Under the pieces are notes generated by a model. It was given only the letters and a program-made list of their open reading frames with translations, was not told the origin of the DNA and did no database searches. The position numbers were made by a program, and so were the translations under genes. From a virus (lineage: Duplodnaviria; Caudoviricetes), in the IMG/VR virus record IMGVR_UViG_3300012971_000047, positions 1-35,129 of that record: 35,129 bases of DNA; one strand, written 5' to 3'. Shown here piece by piece: positions 16,891 through 27,033 of this stretch (positions are counted from its first letter, which is position 1; each line of letters opens with the position of its first letter).

Positions 16891-19800
16891 CGACGCCGTT
16901 TCTCGCGCCGGTCCCGAATCCTGACATCGTCCCCGGGGCGTTGCTCAAGCCCACCTGGCAGGCGTGGTTCCGGCAACTCTACACGTACGTCACAGCGAAC
17001 GCTTCGGGTGGCGGCGCGGGCTTCGTCACCTCCGCCCGGCAGATCAACACGACTGCACCGCTGACCGGTGGCGGGGATCTGAGTGCGGATCGGACCATCT
17101 CGATCGCACCCAACGGCATCACGGACTCGCTGCTCGCGCAGATGCCGGCGAACACGATCAAGGGAAACAACTCCGGGGTTACCGCCAACGCAGCCGACCT
17201 GAGCCCGTTGCAGGTCAAGACGATGTTGTCGTTGGACAACGTCGAGAACACGGCGCTCTCGACCTGGCCCGGCTCCACGAACATCACCACGCTGGGCACG
17301 ATCACGACCGGCACATGGCATGGGACGCCGATATCGGCGACGGGTGGCGGGACTGGAATTGCCAGCTACACCATTGGCGATCTGTTGTATGCGAGCGCCA
17401 GCAATGCGCTGTCTACACTGCCTGATGTAGCTACGGGATCGGTTCTGCGCAGCGGCGGCGTCGGTGCGCCGCCGTCATGGGGTGCGTTGGTCTCGGGAGA
17501 CATTCCACCGATCAATCTCGCGATCAGCGGCCCGGGCGGCGTCTTCAACAATCTGCCGGTCACCAACCTGGCCGGTGGCGCCGGGGCATCCAGCTCTACC
17601 TTCTGGCGTGGCGATGGAACGTGGGCGAGCCCCTCTGGAACAGCGGGTCCTCCGGGTCCTCAAGGTCCGCAGGGCAGCCCTGGTGAAGACGGTGAAGAGG
17701 GCGAGCAGGGAGTGCCTGGACCTCCGGGACCCGTGGGGCCTGTCGGACCCACAGGAGCGGTGGGGCCACAAGGGGCTCCCGGGCTGACGGGCGATGACGG
17801 CCCCGAAGGTGGCATGGGGCCGCCTGGACCTCCAGGCCCGTCCGGTGCAGATGGTGCCGTGGGCGCCACAGGCCCGATGGGTCCTCAAGGTTTCACCGGA
17901 GAGACGGGAGATGAAGGACTGCAGGGCGACATGGGTCCGCCTGGTCCGCCCGGACCCACAGGTAACACGGGCGCCACGGGGCCTCAGGGCATCCCTGGCC
18001 TGACGGGTGACGATGGTCCGCAAGGAGATCTCGGCCCTCCGGGGCCGCCTGGACCGCAAGGCGCCACGGGAGCTACAGGCCCCGCTGGACCAGCGGGACC
18101 ACCGTATCCCACGTTCTGGGACGATCCGGGGGATCCCTTCCCGCAGCCGCCTTTCGATCAGGGAGCGTCCCCGATTTGGTCCGGCGTGCAGACGTTCGCT
18201 GCAGCCGTTTCCTTCGCTAGCGCTGTTTCCTCGGCCGGCACGCTGTTCCTCAACAACACCGGAACGTCCCTGGTACTGAACAACAGCGGGGGCGCGGCGG
18301 ACGCCAAGAATGTCCGCATCAACTACAACGCCTCGGGCAACTTCAGCGTCTCGTCCGCCACGGATGCTGCGCCAACGACAGGCGTCACGCCGATCATCAG
18401 CACGGGACGCACGGGGACGGCCTGGACCAATCTGACCTTCGGTAACACGACGGACAACCCGACGTACACCTTCTTGGGGTCCGGTGCCGTTACGCTCGGT
18501 TCCGGGGGGCTGACGACCAGCGGGTCGGTGACGACCAACGGCATACTAACCATCAGCTCCGCAACTCCTACGCAGGATCTGTTTGCGAGTGGTGCGGCAT
18601 TAGATCAGAAGAACACTCTGATCCGCTTGAACGGCTCCGGTGCGTTCGCGATCTCGTCTGCCACGGACGCCGCACCGACGACGGCTGTCACGAACATGTT
18701 GGCCGCTACCCGCTCTGGCGCGGCGTGGCTCGCCATATCTTTCGGTAACGCAACCGACAACCCGTCCTATAGCTTTGCCGGCACAGGCGCTGCGACGTTT
18801 AACGGGCATGTCGTCATCGCCCCTCCGGCCGCGACTACCGCGCTCACGATCACATCCCCGGCATCCAACACCGTGCCGGACCTGCAGATTCAGGCGGGGG
18901 CGGGCAGCGTTGCGCGCATCAGCCTCATGGGCAACGGCGGAGTCTTCGCCACCTCCGACTTCCTGATCGCGCAGGACGGCTCCAGCAACGCGAACCTATC
19001 GAACCGCGCCAATGCGAATATGAATTTCGCGACCAACGGGGGCACCCGTATGGTCATCAACAACAACGGACAGGTGGCGATCAACGCCCCCAGTGCGGCC
19101 ACCGCGGCGCTCACCGTGACCGGTGCCAGCGGTGCGGTGACGGCCATGTCCGTGACCGGCGCGAGCGGATCGGAGGCGGCCACCTTCGTCACCACGGGAG
19201 CCTCCCAGGCAGTCCTGGTGCAGTCGGCGCAGGCCCAGACGATGCAGATGGACACCACGAACGCAGGCGGTGGTTTCTTCGTCTACACCCGCAGCAACGT
19301 CGGTAAGGGGTTCCTTGGGGATTCCTCGCAGCTCGATGGCGGCACGCTCGATGATTTCACGGTGCGCAGCAATGCCGCGCTCGGGCTTTCTTCGGGAGGC
19401 GGCACGCGTCGCCTCACGATCGGCAGCGCCGGCAACGTCACCATCAACGCGCCTAGCTCCGGCGATGCGCTTACCGTCAATAACGTATCGGGCGGACAGA
19501 CGATCGCTGCAGTGGCGCCCGCCACAGTCGGCTCCGAGATCGCGGTGCGTGGGAATGCCAACACGAACGCAAACGCGCTGATCCTACAGCAGGATGCATC
19601 AAACAACGCGCACATCCGCAACCTGATCACCACAGGGACACTGGGCTTCGGCACAGGATCGACGGACGATATTACGATTGGCGTCAACGGCAACGTCAAC
19701 GTGGCCGTGCCGAGTAGCGGCGACACACTGACGGCGACAGGCGCCGCTGGCGGCTTCGCAGGCGTCTTCAGCGCGAATACGACCTCCGGTTCCTCGAAGG

Positions 19801-22800
19801 GCATGTACGTGTCAGGCGGCACGACCTCGGCCGACATCGCATTCCAGGTTCAGAACGCCGCCAAGACCAGCGACTACTTCAAGATTCTGGGCGACGGTGG
19901 CGCGATCATGGGCGCTCCGACCGGTGGCGACATGGGAGCGGGCACGCTCAATGTCGCTGGTGGACTGTTCATCAACGGCTCCGCGGCGTTCCCGGTCGGC
20001 GCAAATCCCACGGCCTCGGTTGGCCTGACGGCGGTCAACGGTGTCGCCACCACATTCATGCGCTCGGACGCAGCGCCTGCGCTGTCGCAGTCGATTGCGC
20101 CGATATGGACTGGCGCACATACATTTGCATCGTCTACCAACTTCATCCTGAACCGTCCAGCCGCCGCGCTGAACCAGACCAACACGATTGAGTATCTGGA
20201 TGGGACTGGGGCGTTCATCATCGCATCCGCGACGGATGCAACTCCTAGCGCCCCTGTTACGCGGCTCATTGCGGCGGCCCGATCCGGAACGGCCTGGACG
20301 GGCGTGACGTTCGGTAACGCTACAGACAATCCGTCCTACGCATTTGCCGGGACCGGATCGGTGACCTTCTCTGGCACGCTCGTCGTGCCAAAAGTGACCG
20401 TGGGCTCCGGCAATCTCACGGTGAACACGGAGGCCGCGACTACCTTCGTGCCGCAGGTCCAGAACAACCTTGCGGGTTCTGCTGGCTACCTGGTGAGCCG
20501 CTGGTCGGCTGACGGTACGCAGCCGCGATATGTCTTCGCCAAGTCTCGCGGCACAGTCGTGGGCACTTTCGCGACCGTCGTTTCCGGGGACACCCTCGGC
20601 TCGCTGCTCTGGGACGGTGACGATGGCGCCACCTTACAAGCCGCCGCCTCGATCGCTGTGCAGGTGGATGGGGCTCCGGCCGCTGGGAGCATGCCCGGGA
20701 AATTCTTCTTCCAGACGACACCGTCTGGCTCGAATGTCCCCGTGACGCGCATGCAGATCAACAGCAGCGGTAACGTAGCCATCTTGGCGCCCACATCCGG
20801 GAATACCCTGACGGTGACGGGCGGGGTCGGTTCGACACTGGCCCCTTTGGCGCTGGCATCCACTGGCGGCACCACTAATGGCAGCGTGGAGCAGTACTTT
20901 GATACGAACGGGAATCTGTTCTACTTTAACGTGACGGCAGGCGGGGCCAATACCCGTATGGGTACAAACGGGGCAGCCGGCACCGCAGGGTTTGTCACCA
21001 ACAATAAAGACCGTATCGTTGTCAACGCCGCGGGGAACGTGACGGTCCAGACACCGGACTCCGGCGATGCGTTGACCGTCGACAACGTTTCGGGTTCGCA
21101 GGCGATTGCCTGTATAGCCCCCGCCGCAACCAACTGCCAGGTCTCGATTCGCGGAAATGCCAACACGAACTCGAATGCTCTGGCGCTGCAGCAGGACAGC
21201 GCCAACAACGCCCACATCCGAAATCTGATCACTACTGGTTCGCTGGGTCTTGGGACCGGATCGACGGACTTCATCACGATCAGCAGCGCGGGGATCATCA
21301 GCACGATCGCTCCGACCACCCCTTCTGCCAACGGGGCGGTGCAAATCGCGGGCGGGACTACCGCCAGCAACTCCTTCGGATTGGATGTTAACAGCGGAAC
21401 CAATTCCTCGGACTTCGGAATACGAATTGCCAATGGCGCGAATAGCGCCGTGCTGTTCAAGGTCCCTGGAGACGGGTCTTTCCAACTCGGGTGGAATGGG
21501 ACGAGTTCGAGCCTCATCGGAGGGGCCGGTGGCAACCTGAGTGCGTCCGCGCCGACCAGCGGCGATAACCTGACGGTGACCGGCGCCTCGGGCGGATTCG
21601 CGGGCGTGTTCAATGCGAACACGACCTCCGGTTCCTCGAAGGGTCTGTACGTGGCGGGCGGCACGACTTCCGCTGACATTGCATTCCAAGTGCAGAACGC
21701 TGCCAAGAGTACGGACTACTTCAAGGTGATCGGGGACGGTGGCGCGGTGATGGGCGCCCCGACTGGTGGAGACAAGGGCGTCGGTACGATCAATGTCACG
21801 GGTGGCTACTACGTCAACGGCGTGCCGGTTCCCACGCCAACCGGCCCTGCGGGGCCGTACTACTTGTTCACCGAAGAGGCGGGGGACCCACTTCTGGTCG
21901 CCCCGCCACTCGATCAGGGCGCTCCGAACAATTGGAGCAGCCCACAGATTTTTTCAGCGCTCATCAACCCCAATGCAGGATTTTCCGGCAGTAGAGCAGT
22001 AGTGGGCAGCCTGCACGGCTCGCTCGCTAACACGGACGCAGGCACGGGTTCGGATTGCTATTTCAGCGCTTCCAACGGCGCCAACTTGCTCTATATGGGC
22101 GTCTCAGGAACCGGTTACACCGGGACAGAGTGGTCAGGAGGGCCTGCCGGGCCGCAAGCGTTCCTCGGCACCGGCAGCGGCGTGGCGTTTCCGTTCACCT
22201 TCGGAACGCAGAACATATACCGGGGCCAGATCAGCTCAAGCGGTAATTGGATCATTGCTGCCCCAGGCTCCGGTACTGCGCTCACCGTCAATGCGATTGC
22301 CGGAGGGGTAGGGCTTCAGGTGAGCGGCAGCGGCGCCGTGAACGAAAACATCTTGTACAACGCGACCAGCACCGGCTACACCAGCATGCGTTGGTACAAC
22401 GATCAGCTAAGTGGTCTGCGATCGTTGGAAATCGACTACTCCGGTTCTGCATATGCCGGGGCTCTGGTCAGCGGCGGGCCGACTGGCGAATCAGCGTCTA
22501 TCGCTGTGACGGGCGCATTCCCTCTCACCTTCGCAACGAACAACACGATGCGCGGGCAGATCAGCGGGAGCGGCAACTGGACCATTCCTGCTCCGGCGAG
22601 TGGCGCCGCACTTGCGGTAACCGGCGCTGCCAACGCAAATGCAGTTACGGTTCAGGCCCAGAACGTTAGCGGTCAGGCGTACGGAATGCAGATTAACGCC
22701 GGAACGAACAGCAGTGATTGGTGCTTCAACGCGGTCTCTGTTATCTCGACGCCGTACTTTCGGGTGCGTGGTGATGGCGCGATCATTGGGAATGGACCTG

Positions 22801-23183
22801 TCGCAGCCACCCTCGTTGATATGACGCCGGACTTCGGCTCCTACACCGGACAACTGTCTGGCATAACTACCGTCGTCACCGGCTCGATTCGCTTCGCACG
22901 CATCGGTCAACTTGTGATGATTTTCATTCCGGCGATGACCGGCACCAGCAACGCGACCACCTTTACGATCACGGGCTCACCACCGGCAGGGATCATCCCG
23001 ACGCGAGCCATGGCGTCGTGTTCTGCGCCATTGGAGAACAATGGCCTATTCATCGTCGCGGAAGTGCGGATGACCACTGGCGGGACGATTGAGTTTGCAT
23101 CGGTGGGTAGCACGACTGGGTTCACTGCATCCGGGACCAAAGGGGTCTGGATGGATATGTGCTTCTTCTACTTTACGAGTTAG
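16887..23183 (+). CDS. Long tail fibre with collagen-like domain and duplicated modules
   Basis: 2098 aa, G/T/A/S/N-rich; PTWQAWF N-terminus; 52 Gly-X-Y triplets; three families of internal repeats. Confidence 0.88.
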   Translation: MTTPFLAPVPNPDIVPGALLKPTWQAWFRQLYTYVTANASGGGAGFVTSARQINTTAPLTGGGDLSADRTISIAPNGITDSLLAQMPANTIKGNNSGVTANAADLSPLQVKTMLSLDNVENTALSTWPGSTNITTLGTITTGTWHGTPISATGGGTGIASYTIGDLLYASASNALSTLPDVATGSVLRSGGVGAPPSWGALVSGDIPPINLAISGPGGVFNNLPVTNLAGGAGASSSTFWRGDGTWASPSGTAGPPGPQGPQGSPGEDGEEGEQGVPGPPGPVGPVGPTGAVGPQGAPGLTGDDGPEGGMGPPGPPGPSGADGAVGATGPMGPQGFTGETGDEGLQGDMGPPGPPGPTGNTGATGPQGIPGLTGDDGPQGDLGPPGPPGPQGATGATGPAGPAGPPYPTFWDDPGDPFPQPPFDQGASPIWSGVQTFAAAVSFASAVSSAGTLFLNNTGTSLVLNNSGGAADAKNVRINYNASGNFSVSSATDAAPTTGVTPIISTGRTGTAWTNLTFGNTTDNPTYTFLGSGAVTLGSGGLTTSGSVTTNGILTISSATPTQDLFASGAALDQKNTLIRLNGSGAFAISSATDAAPTTAVTNMLAATRSGAAWLAISFGNATDNPSYSFAGTGAATFNGHVVIAPPAATTALTITSPASNTVPDLQIQAGAGSVARISLMGNGGVFATSDFLIAQDGSSNANLSNRANANMNFATNGGTRMVINNNGQVAINAPSAATAALTVTGASGAVTAMSVTGASGSEAATFVTTGASQAVLVQSAQAQTMQMDTTNAGGGFFVYTRSNVGKGFLGDSSQLDGGTLDDFTVRSNAALGLSSGGGTRRLTIGSAGNVTINAPSSGDALTVNNVSGGQTIAAVAPATVGSEIAVRGNANTNANALILQQDASNNAHIRNLITTGTLGFGTGSTDDITIGVNGNVNVAVPSSGDTLTATGAAGGFAGVFSANTTSGSSKGMYVSGGTTSADIAFQVQNAAKTSDYFKILGDGGAIMGAPTGGDMGAGTLNVAGGLFINGSAAFPVGANPTASVGLTAVNGVATTFMRSDAAPALSQSIAPIWTGAHTFASSTNFILNRPAAALNQTNTIEYLDGTGAFIIASATDATPSAPVTRLIAAARSGTAWTGVTFGNATDNPSYAFAGTGSVTFSGTLVVPKVTVGSGNLTVNTEAATTFVPQVQNNLAGSAGYLVSRWSADGTQPRYVFAKSRGTVVGTFATVVSGDTLGSLLWDGDDGATLQAAASIAVQVDGAPAAGSMPGKFFFQTTPSGSNVPVTRMQINSSGNVAILAPTSGNTLTVTGGVGSTLAPLALASTGGTTNGSVEQYFDTNGNLFYFNVTAGGANTRMGTNGAAGTAGFVTNNKDRIVVNAAGNVTVQTPDSGDALTVDNVSGSQAIACIAPAATNCQVSIRGNANTNSNALALQQDSANNAHIRNLITTGSLGLGTGSTDFITISSAGIISTIAPTTPSANGAVQIAGGTTASNSFGLDVNSGTNSSDFGIRIANGANSAVLFKVPGDGSFQLGWNGTSSSLIGGAGGNLSASAPTSGDNLTVTGASGGFAGVFNANTTSGSSKGLYVAGGTTSADIAFQVQNAAKSTDYFKVIGDGGAVMGAPTGGDKGVGTINVTGGYYVNGVPVPTPTGPAGPYYLFTEEAGDPLLVAPPLDQGAPNNWSSPQIFSALINPNAGFSGSRAVVGSLHGSLANTDAGTGSDCYFSASNGANLLYMGVSGTGYTGTEWSGGPAGPQAFLGTGSGVAFPFTFGTQNIYRGQISSSGNWIIAAPGSGTALTVNAIAGGVGLQVSGSGAVNENILYNATSTGYTSMRWYNDQLSGLRSLEIDYSGSAYAGALVSGGPTGESASIAVTGAFPLTFATNNTMRGQISGSGNWTIPAPASGAALAVTGAANANAVTVQAQNVSGQAYGMQINAGTNSSDWCFNAVSVISTPYFRVRGDGAIIGNGPVAATLVDMTPDFGSYTGQLSGITTVVTGSIRFARIGQLVMIFIPAMTGTSNATTFTITGSPPAGIIPTRAMASCSAPLENNGLFIVAEVRMTTGGTIEFASVGSTTGFTASGTKGVWMDMCFFYFTS
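17637..18104 (+). repeat. Collagen-like (Gly-X-Y)52 region
   Basis: Uninterrupted triplets from GTA GPP GPQ to GPA GPA GPP, counted by hand. Confidence 0.97.
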
Positions 23184-23203
23184 CTCGTAACTCTTTCTCA
23201 ACC

Positions 23204-23239
23204 TGAAATGGCCCGCCTCGCGCGGGCCTTTTCATTTTT
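23204..23239 (+). terminator. Rho-independent terminator
   Basis: ggcccgc-ctcgc-gcgggcc stem, extended by tgaaa/tttca, followed by ttttcattttt. Confidence 0.85.
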
Positions 23240-23260
23240 GGGCTCTCGGAGGGTCAATCG

Positions 23261-23629
23261 ATGGCTTCGCAACGTGTCTTCAAAACTGTCGCCGCGCTCA
23301 CGAACGCGGCGGCCAACATTCTGAATGGCGCGATCACCTCGCTCGCCGGTCCGGTGGGGTGGACGGCGATCCAGCCGCGCCTGACCCTCAAGCACATGCG
23401 GGCCGTGAACAAGACGGCGGCCTCGCACACGATCACGCTCTATATCGGCCTGACAGGTGGCTCGGCGGCCGGTACTGAGTTTGCCTGGAACGCCTACACG
23501 ATTCCGGCAAATAGCTACGTGGACTGGTACGGCTCGATGCCGTTGGAGTCGACGGACTTTCTCACCGGGCTGGCTGATGCCGCGACGTCCGTGACGATCA
23601 ACCTGGAGTACGAGGGCGGCTTCCAGTAA
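23261..23629 (+). CDS. Small beta-rich protein, probably virion/tail associated
   Basis: GGAGG SD; 122 aa; AVNKTAASHTITLYIG...TIPANSYVDW pattern. Confidence 0.7.
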   Translation: MASQRVFKTVAALTNAAANILNGAITSLAGPVGWTAIQPRLTLKHMRAVNKTAASHTITLYIGLTGGSAAGTEFAWNAYTIPANSYVDWYGSMPLESTDFLTGLADAATSVTINLEYEGGFQ

Positions 23630-23642
23630 GGAGTGACATGTC

Positions 23643-23855
23643 ATGAAAGAAGTTGCTGAAGTTTCCATCAGGCTCGACATGCTCGGATTCACGGCGGTTG
23701 AGCAGGCATTGAACGTCGCGGTCCTCAACTCGCAGTCGGTCCTGGCTACGATTCGACGCCAGGCCCAAGAGCAGATCGACGCCGCGCAGCTCCCGGCGGA
23801 AGCGCCGACCAAGCCCGCCAAGCGAAACGGACAGGCAGAGTCCAAGCCCTCGTGA
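23643..23855 (+). CDS. Small hypothetical protein (possible fibre chaperone)
   Basis: AAGGAG SD; 70 aa, helical; GTGA overlap with the following remnant ORF. Confidence 0.6.
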   Translation: MKEVAEVSIRLDMLGFTAVEQALNVAVLNSQSVLATIRRQAQEQIDAAQLPAEAPTKPAKRNGQAESKPS

Positions 23856-23947
23856 GGAACTTCCTGCGCCTGGCGCAGGGGTGCGACCACCATCGTCTGG
23901 TCCGCCACGATCCTCATGGCCAAAGCCTCGTAGGAGTTTCCAAGTGA
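23852..23947 (+). pseudogene. 5' remnant of the hydroxylase gene (MRNFLRLAQG then unrelated sequence)
   Basis: First 10 codons encode the same peptide as 25052..25081; stops after 31 aa. Confidence 0.75.
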
Positions 23948-24423
23948 AGACGATGACAACGTTCGTGCTTCTGCTCGTTTCTGTCGTGGCGAACGCGGAA
24001 ACCGTACAACTGACTTGGGTGAATCCGACGCTGTACGTCGATGGCACGGCGTTGCCGGTCACGGACATCAATCAGACGCGAATTGAATACGGAACCTGTG
24101 CGGGCGGTCCTCCGTACGTATTCGGAATGAAGGTCGGGGAGTTCATCGCCGCGGGCGGAGCGACGCACGTCATCAGCCCGTCCTTGGGCGCGGGCCTGTG
24201 GTGCTTCCAGGCGTTCACCATGGCCAAAGGTGTGGAAAGTCCCCCGAGTCTTTCGACGTTCGTGGGCATCTCGTCTCCGTTCCCGAATCCGCCCACCAAC
24301 TTGCAGGCCACGCTGTCGTCGGTGCTGAGGGCTACCGAGACGTCTCCACCACGCGCAGCAGACGGGCCGAAGTCGCCAGACGATCTGAAGTCGAAGCCAT
24401 CGAAAAAGAAAGGGAGCAAATGA
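23944..24423 (+). CDS. Secreted FN3/Ig-like protein
   Basis: AGGAG SD then GTG; signal peptide MKTMTTFVLLLVSVVANA; VQLTWVNP...Y...GVESPPS...PNPPTNL FN3-type motifs. Confidence 0.7.
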   Translation: MKTMTTFVLLLVSVVANAETVQLTWVNPTLYVDGTALPVTDINQTRIEYGTCAGGPPYVFGMKVGEFIAAGGATHVISPSLGAGLWCFQAFTMAKGVESPPSLSTFVGISSPFPNPPTNLQATLSSVLRATETSPPRAADGPKSPDDLKSKPSKKKGSK

Positions 24424-24756
24424 ATGTCTACGACCGTGACGCTGGTCATCACATACGAGCTGGCCGGAGGGTATCCGTCCACCGTCGTGATCGATCATGT
24501 CCAGGCTCATCTCTCCGGTGATAAGGGCTATAAGGCCGACCAAAACGTGCTGCCCAACGCGGAGCAGGTGGTCTTTAAGGATCTGCCGGATGACGTGTAC
24601 GTCTGCAAGCTGACATCGATCGATCCTTCCGGGTCGCCGGTTGCGACTCCTTTCAGTTGGAGCTTCACCGTCCCCTCGGCGCCGACGAAGGAGATCAGCC
24701 TCCCAAGCATCATTACGGTTGTACAGACACATGAAACAGGAAGTCACGGGCCATGA
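24424..24756 (+). CDS. FN3/Ig-like small protein (paralogue A)
   Basis: VVFKDLPDDVYVCKLTSID resembles the FN3 F..L....Y...V.A strand motif. Confidence 0.65.
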   Translation: MSTTVTLVITYELAGGYPSTVVIDHVQAHLSGDKGYKADQNVLPNAEQVVFKDLPDDVYVCKLTSIDPSGSPVATPFSWSFTVPSAPTKEISLPSIITVVQTHETGSHGP

Positions 24757-25055
24757 CGACGGTGGTATTGAGTATCGAGTACGAATTTGAAGGCGAGTAC
24801 CCGGATCGAACGATGGTCGATCACATCGAGGTACAGCTCTCCGGGACGTTGGGATACCACGTGGTCCAGAACATCCTGCCTCTCACCGATCAGGTGAAGT
24901 TCGAGAATTTGGTGGATGACACCTACACCTATGTGTTGAGAGCGATCGACCCCACGGCTGCGCCGCTATCGGCTTTCAGCGGCACATTCAAAGTGCCTTC
25001 GCCGGCCATGATCTCGCTCAACATTCCGCGGGGCGTCAAGGTCATCCAAGCATGA
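24753..25055 (+). CDS. FN3/Ig-like small protein (paralogue B)
   Basis: VKFENLVDDTYTYVLRAID; collinear with paralogue A along its length. Confidence 0.65.
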   Translation: MTTVVLSIEYEFEGEYPDRTMVDHIEVQLSGTLGYHVVQNILPLTDQVKFENLVDDTYTYVLRAIDPTAAPLSAFSGTFKVPSPAMISLNIPRGVKVIQA

Positions 25056-25642
25056 GGAATTTCCTGCGCTTGGCGCAGGGGATCGATATGCAGCCCCTCA
25101 TGCTGCAGATCATCCGGCAACCGCAGTTGTGGAAGGCCGATACGTACCTACGGGACTACCCGCAGGGGCCGTTCAACGACGTTGACACGATCTTTCTGCG
25201 CTTCCCACCGGCATCCGTCTCAGAGCTTGAGCGCTCGCAGAAGGATCAGCACGAGTGCGTCTGGATGGATGGCGCGATCCATCTGCCGGCGGCGAGGCGA
25301 ATGATCTTTAGCCTGATGGCCAGCGTTGAGGGCGAACGCCTCGGGCGAGTCATGATCAATCGCATTCGTCCAGGTGGTCGGATCTACCCGCATTCGGATA
25401 CGCCGGTCCACGCGGACTACTGGGACCGCATGCACTTTGTTCTGCAGGGCCTGCCGGGCTCCAACTTCCGCTGTGGAGATGAGCAGGTTTACATGGCGAC
25501 GGGTGAGGTGTGGTTCTTCCGCAATGAGCTGGAGCACGAGGTGCAGAACGCCAGTGCGGCCGATCGGATCCACATGATCTGCGACATCCGTTGTTCACGG
25601 TTCGACTTCAAAGGAGAGCTGCCAACGCAGCCAGTGAAATGA
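25052..25642 (+). CDS. 2OG-Fe(II) dioxygenase, aspartyl/asparaginyl beta-hydroxylase (AspH/LpxO/proline hydroxylase) family
   Basis: RVMINRIRPGGRIYPHSD (HxD), RMHFVL, GEVWFFRNELEHEVQN (distal His), DRIHMICD (2OG-binding Arg). Confidence 0.88.
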   Translation: MRNFLRLAQGIDMQPLMLQIIRQPQLWKADTYLRDYPQGPFNDVDTIFLRFPPASVSELERSQKDQHECVWMDGAIHLPAARRMIFSLMASVEGERLGRVMINRIRPGGRIYPHSDTPVHADYWDRMHFVLQGLPGSNFRCGDEQVYMATGEVWFFRNELEHEVQNASAADRIHMICDIRCSRFDFKGELPTQPVK

Positions 25643-26094
25643 TCTTTTGTGTCGAGTCGTTCATGGAACGACTCCCGGAATTGAAGCCGCTCTTCCCGCT
25701 GCACTGGAAAGAGCTGGCGCTCGACCAGGACAAAGTCCCTCTCGATCCGCAGTACGACGTCTACGCTGAGCGCGAACGACTCGGGCAAATGCTGTTCGTC
25801 GTCGCCCGGGAAGAGGGGCGCATGGCCGGCTACTTCGTCGGGTTCATCGCTCCAGGGCTTCACTACCGCACCTGCCTCACGCTGACGATGGACATGTTCT
25901 GGATCCATCCGGATTTTCGGGGGAAGGGAGCCGGCTCGCGATTGTTCAAAGCCGTCGAGCAGGAAGCTCGCCGTCGTGGCGTCGATCGCATGTTCGTGGG
26001 CTCGAAGCTCCACAAAGATGCGTCCTGGCTGTTCGAGCGACTCGGGTACCGGGAGATCGAGCGCTATTACTCCGTTTGGTTGGGAGACAAATAA
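25639..26094 (+). CDS. GNAT family acetyltransferase
   Basis: FWIHPDFRGKGAG acetyl-CoA motif and LFERLGY; ATGA overlap at 25639. Confidence 0.88.
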   Translation: MIFCVESFMERLPELKPLFPLHWKELALDQDKVPLDPQYDVYAERERLGQMLFVVAREEGRMAGYFVGFIAPGLHYRTCLTLTMDMFWIHPDFRGKGAGSRLFKAVEQEARRRGVDRMFVGSKLHKDASWLFERLGYREIERYYSVWLGDK

Positions 26095-27021
26095 ATGGTA
26101 GCCGCAGCCGTCATTGGCGGAGTGGTGTCCGCCGCCGGAAGCATGTACGCGGGGCATAAGGCATCCCAAGACACCGCCAAGGCGAGTCAGGCCGCGATTG
26201 CGGAGCAGCAGGCGGCGCTTGATCAACAGGCGAAGATGACCCAGCCGTATCGGGATTTCGGTTCATCGGCGATCCCTACGTTGCAATCACTCCTCGGTAT
26301 TGCGCCCCAAGCAATGACTTCCGCCGCTGTGCCGGGCTCTCCAGGAGCGCCGGGAGCGCCGGGAGCCCCCTCGACCGCGGTCCCGCAGGCGACAGGGCTG
26401 GGCGCCGCGGTGCCTGGAGGCGGGAATGCTGCCGGACCTGGCGCCTCCATCGCGGGAGGACTCGATCCACGGCTCACCGCGACGGGCAACGTCGATCCGC
26501 GACTCGCGGCGCTGCAGAACACTCCGGGCTACCAGTTCGTGCAACAGCAAGCCAACGACGCAGCGGTGAACAAGGCGACCGCTATGGGGCTGGGGATGTC
26601 TGGCAATACGCTCAAGGCACTCTCGGACTACAACGCAGGACTGGCCTCCACGACCTATCAGCAGAATGTCGACAACCTGATGCGGGCGACCACAATCGGA
26701 GAGCAAGCGGCGGCCGGTCAGTCGGCCAACATCGGCCAGACAGCCTCGAATGTCTCGAACATCATCAGCAATCAGGGGCAGACACAGGCCGGAATCGACG
26801 CCAACGAGGTGAAGGGCGTGACGGGGGCTTTCACGAATACCCTGAATACGTTGGGCGGGCTACAGAAACCCGATGCGGTGAACACGCCAACGCAAGGAGT
26901 GCAGTCGCCGGTTGCCAGTTTCGATCCGTACGCAACGCTCAATCAGCCGGGCACCATGGGAACGACCACCAACTTCGAAAACCCTGAATACGGCGGCGGA
27001 ACGACCACGTTGTTCCAATAA
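26095..27021 (+). CDS. DNA ejection / internal virion protein (P22 gp7-like)
   Basis: MVAAAVIGGVVSAAG hydrophobic N-terminus; QPYRDFG, LQNTPGYQF and SGNTLKAL motifs. Confidence 0.8.
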   Translation: MVAAAVIGGVVSAAGSMYAGHKASQDTAKASQAAIAEQQAALDQQAKMTQPYRDFGSSAIPTLQSLLGIAPQAMTSAAVPGSPGAPGAPGAPSTAVPQATGLGAAVPGGGNAAGPGASIAGGLDPRLTATGNVDPRLAALQNTPGYQFVQQQANDAAVNKATAMGLGMSGNTLKALSDYNAGLASTTYQQNVDNLMRATTIGEQAAAGQSANIGQTASNVSNIISNQGQTQAGIDANEVKGVTGAFTNTLNTLGGLQKPDAVNTPTQGVQSPVASFDPYATLNQPGTMGTTTNFENPEYGGGTTTLFQ

Positions 27022-27033
27022 GGATAAACGGCC

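Larger units (their letters stand above)
23853..25081 (+). repeat. 29-bp imperfect direct repeat pair exactly 1200 bp apart
   Basis: tgaggaacttcctgcgcctggcgcagggg (23853-81) vs tgaggaatttcctgcgcttggcgcagggg (25053-81); 2 synonymous mismatches. Confidence 0.92.

Noticed and set aside
17637-18104. CRISPR array or non-coding tandem repeat
   Set aside because: The 9-nt periodicity is explained by Gly-X-Y codons; there are no identical repeats with spacers.
16887-23240. Diversity-generating retroelement targeting the tail fibre
   Set aside because: There is no reverse transcriptase in the window, and the repeat copies differ at synonymous and varied positions rather than specifically at adenines.
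25639-26094. GNAT as a novelty by itself
   Set aside because: GNAT-fold genes just before ejection genes are common in podoviruses (P22 gene 14 / T7 gene 13 position); it is counted only as a possible part of the enzyme set.
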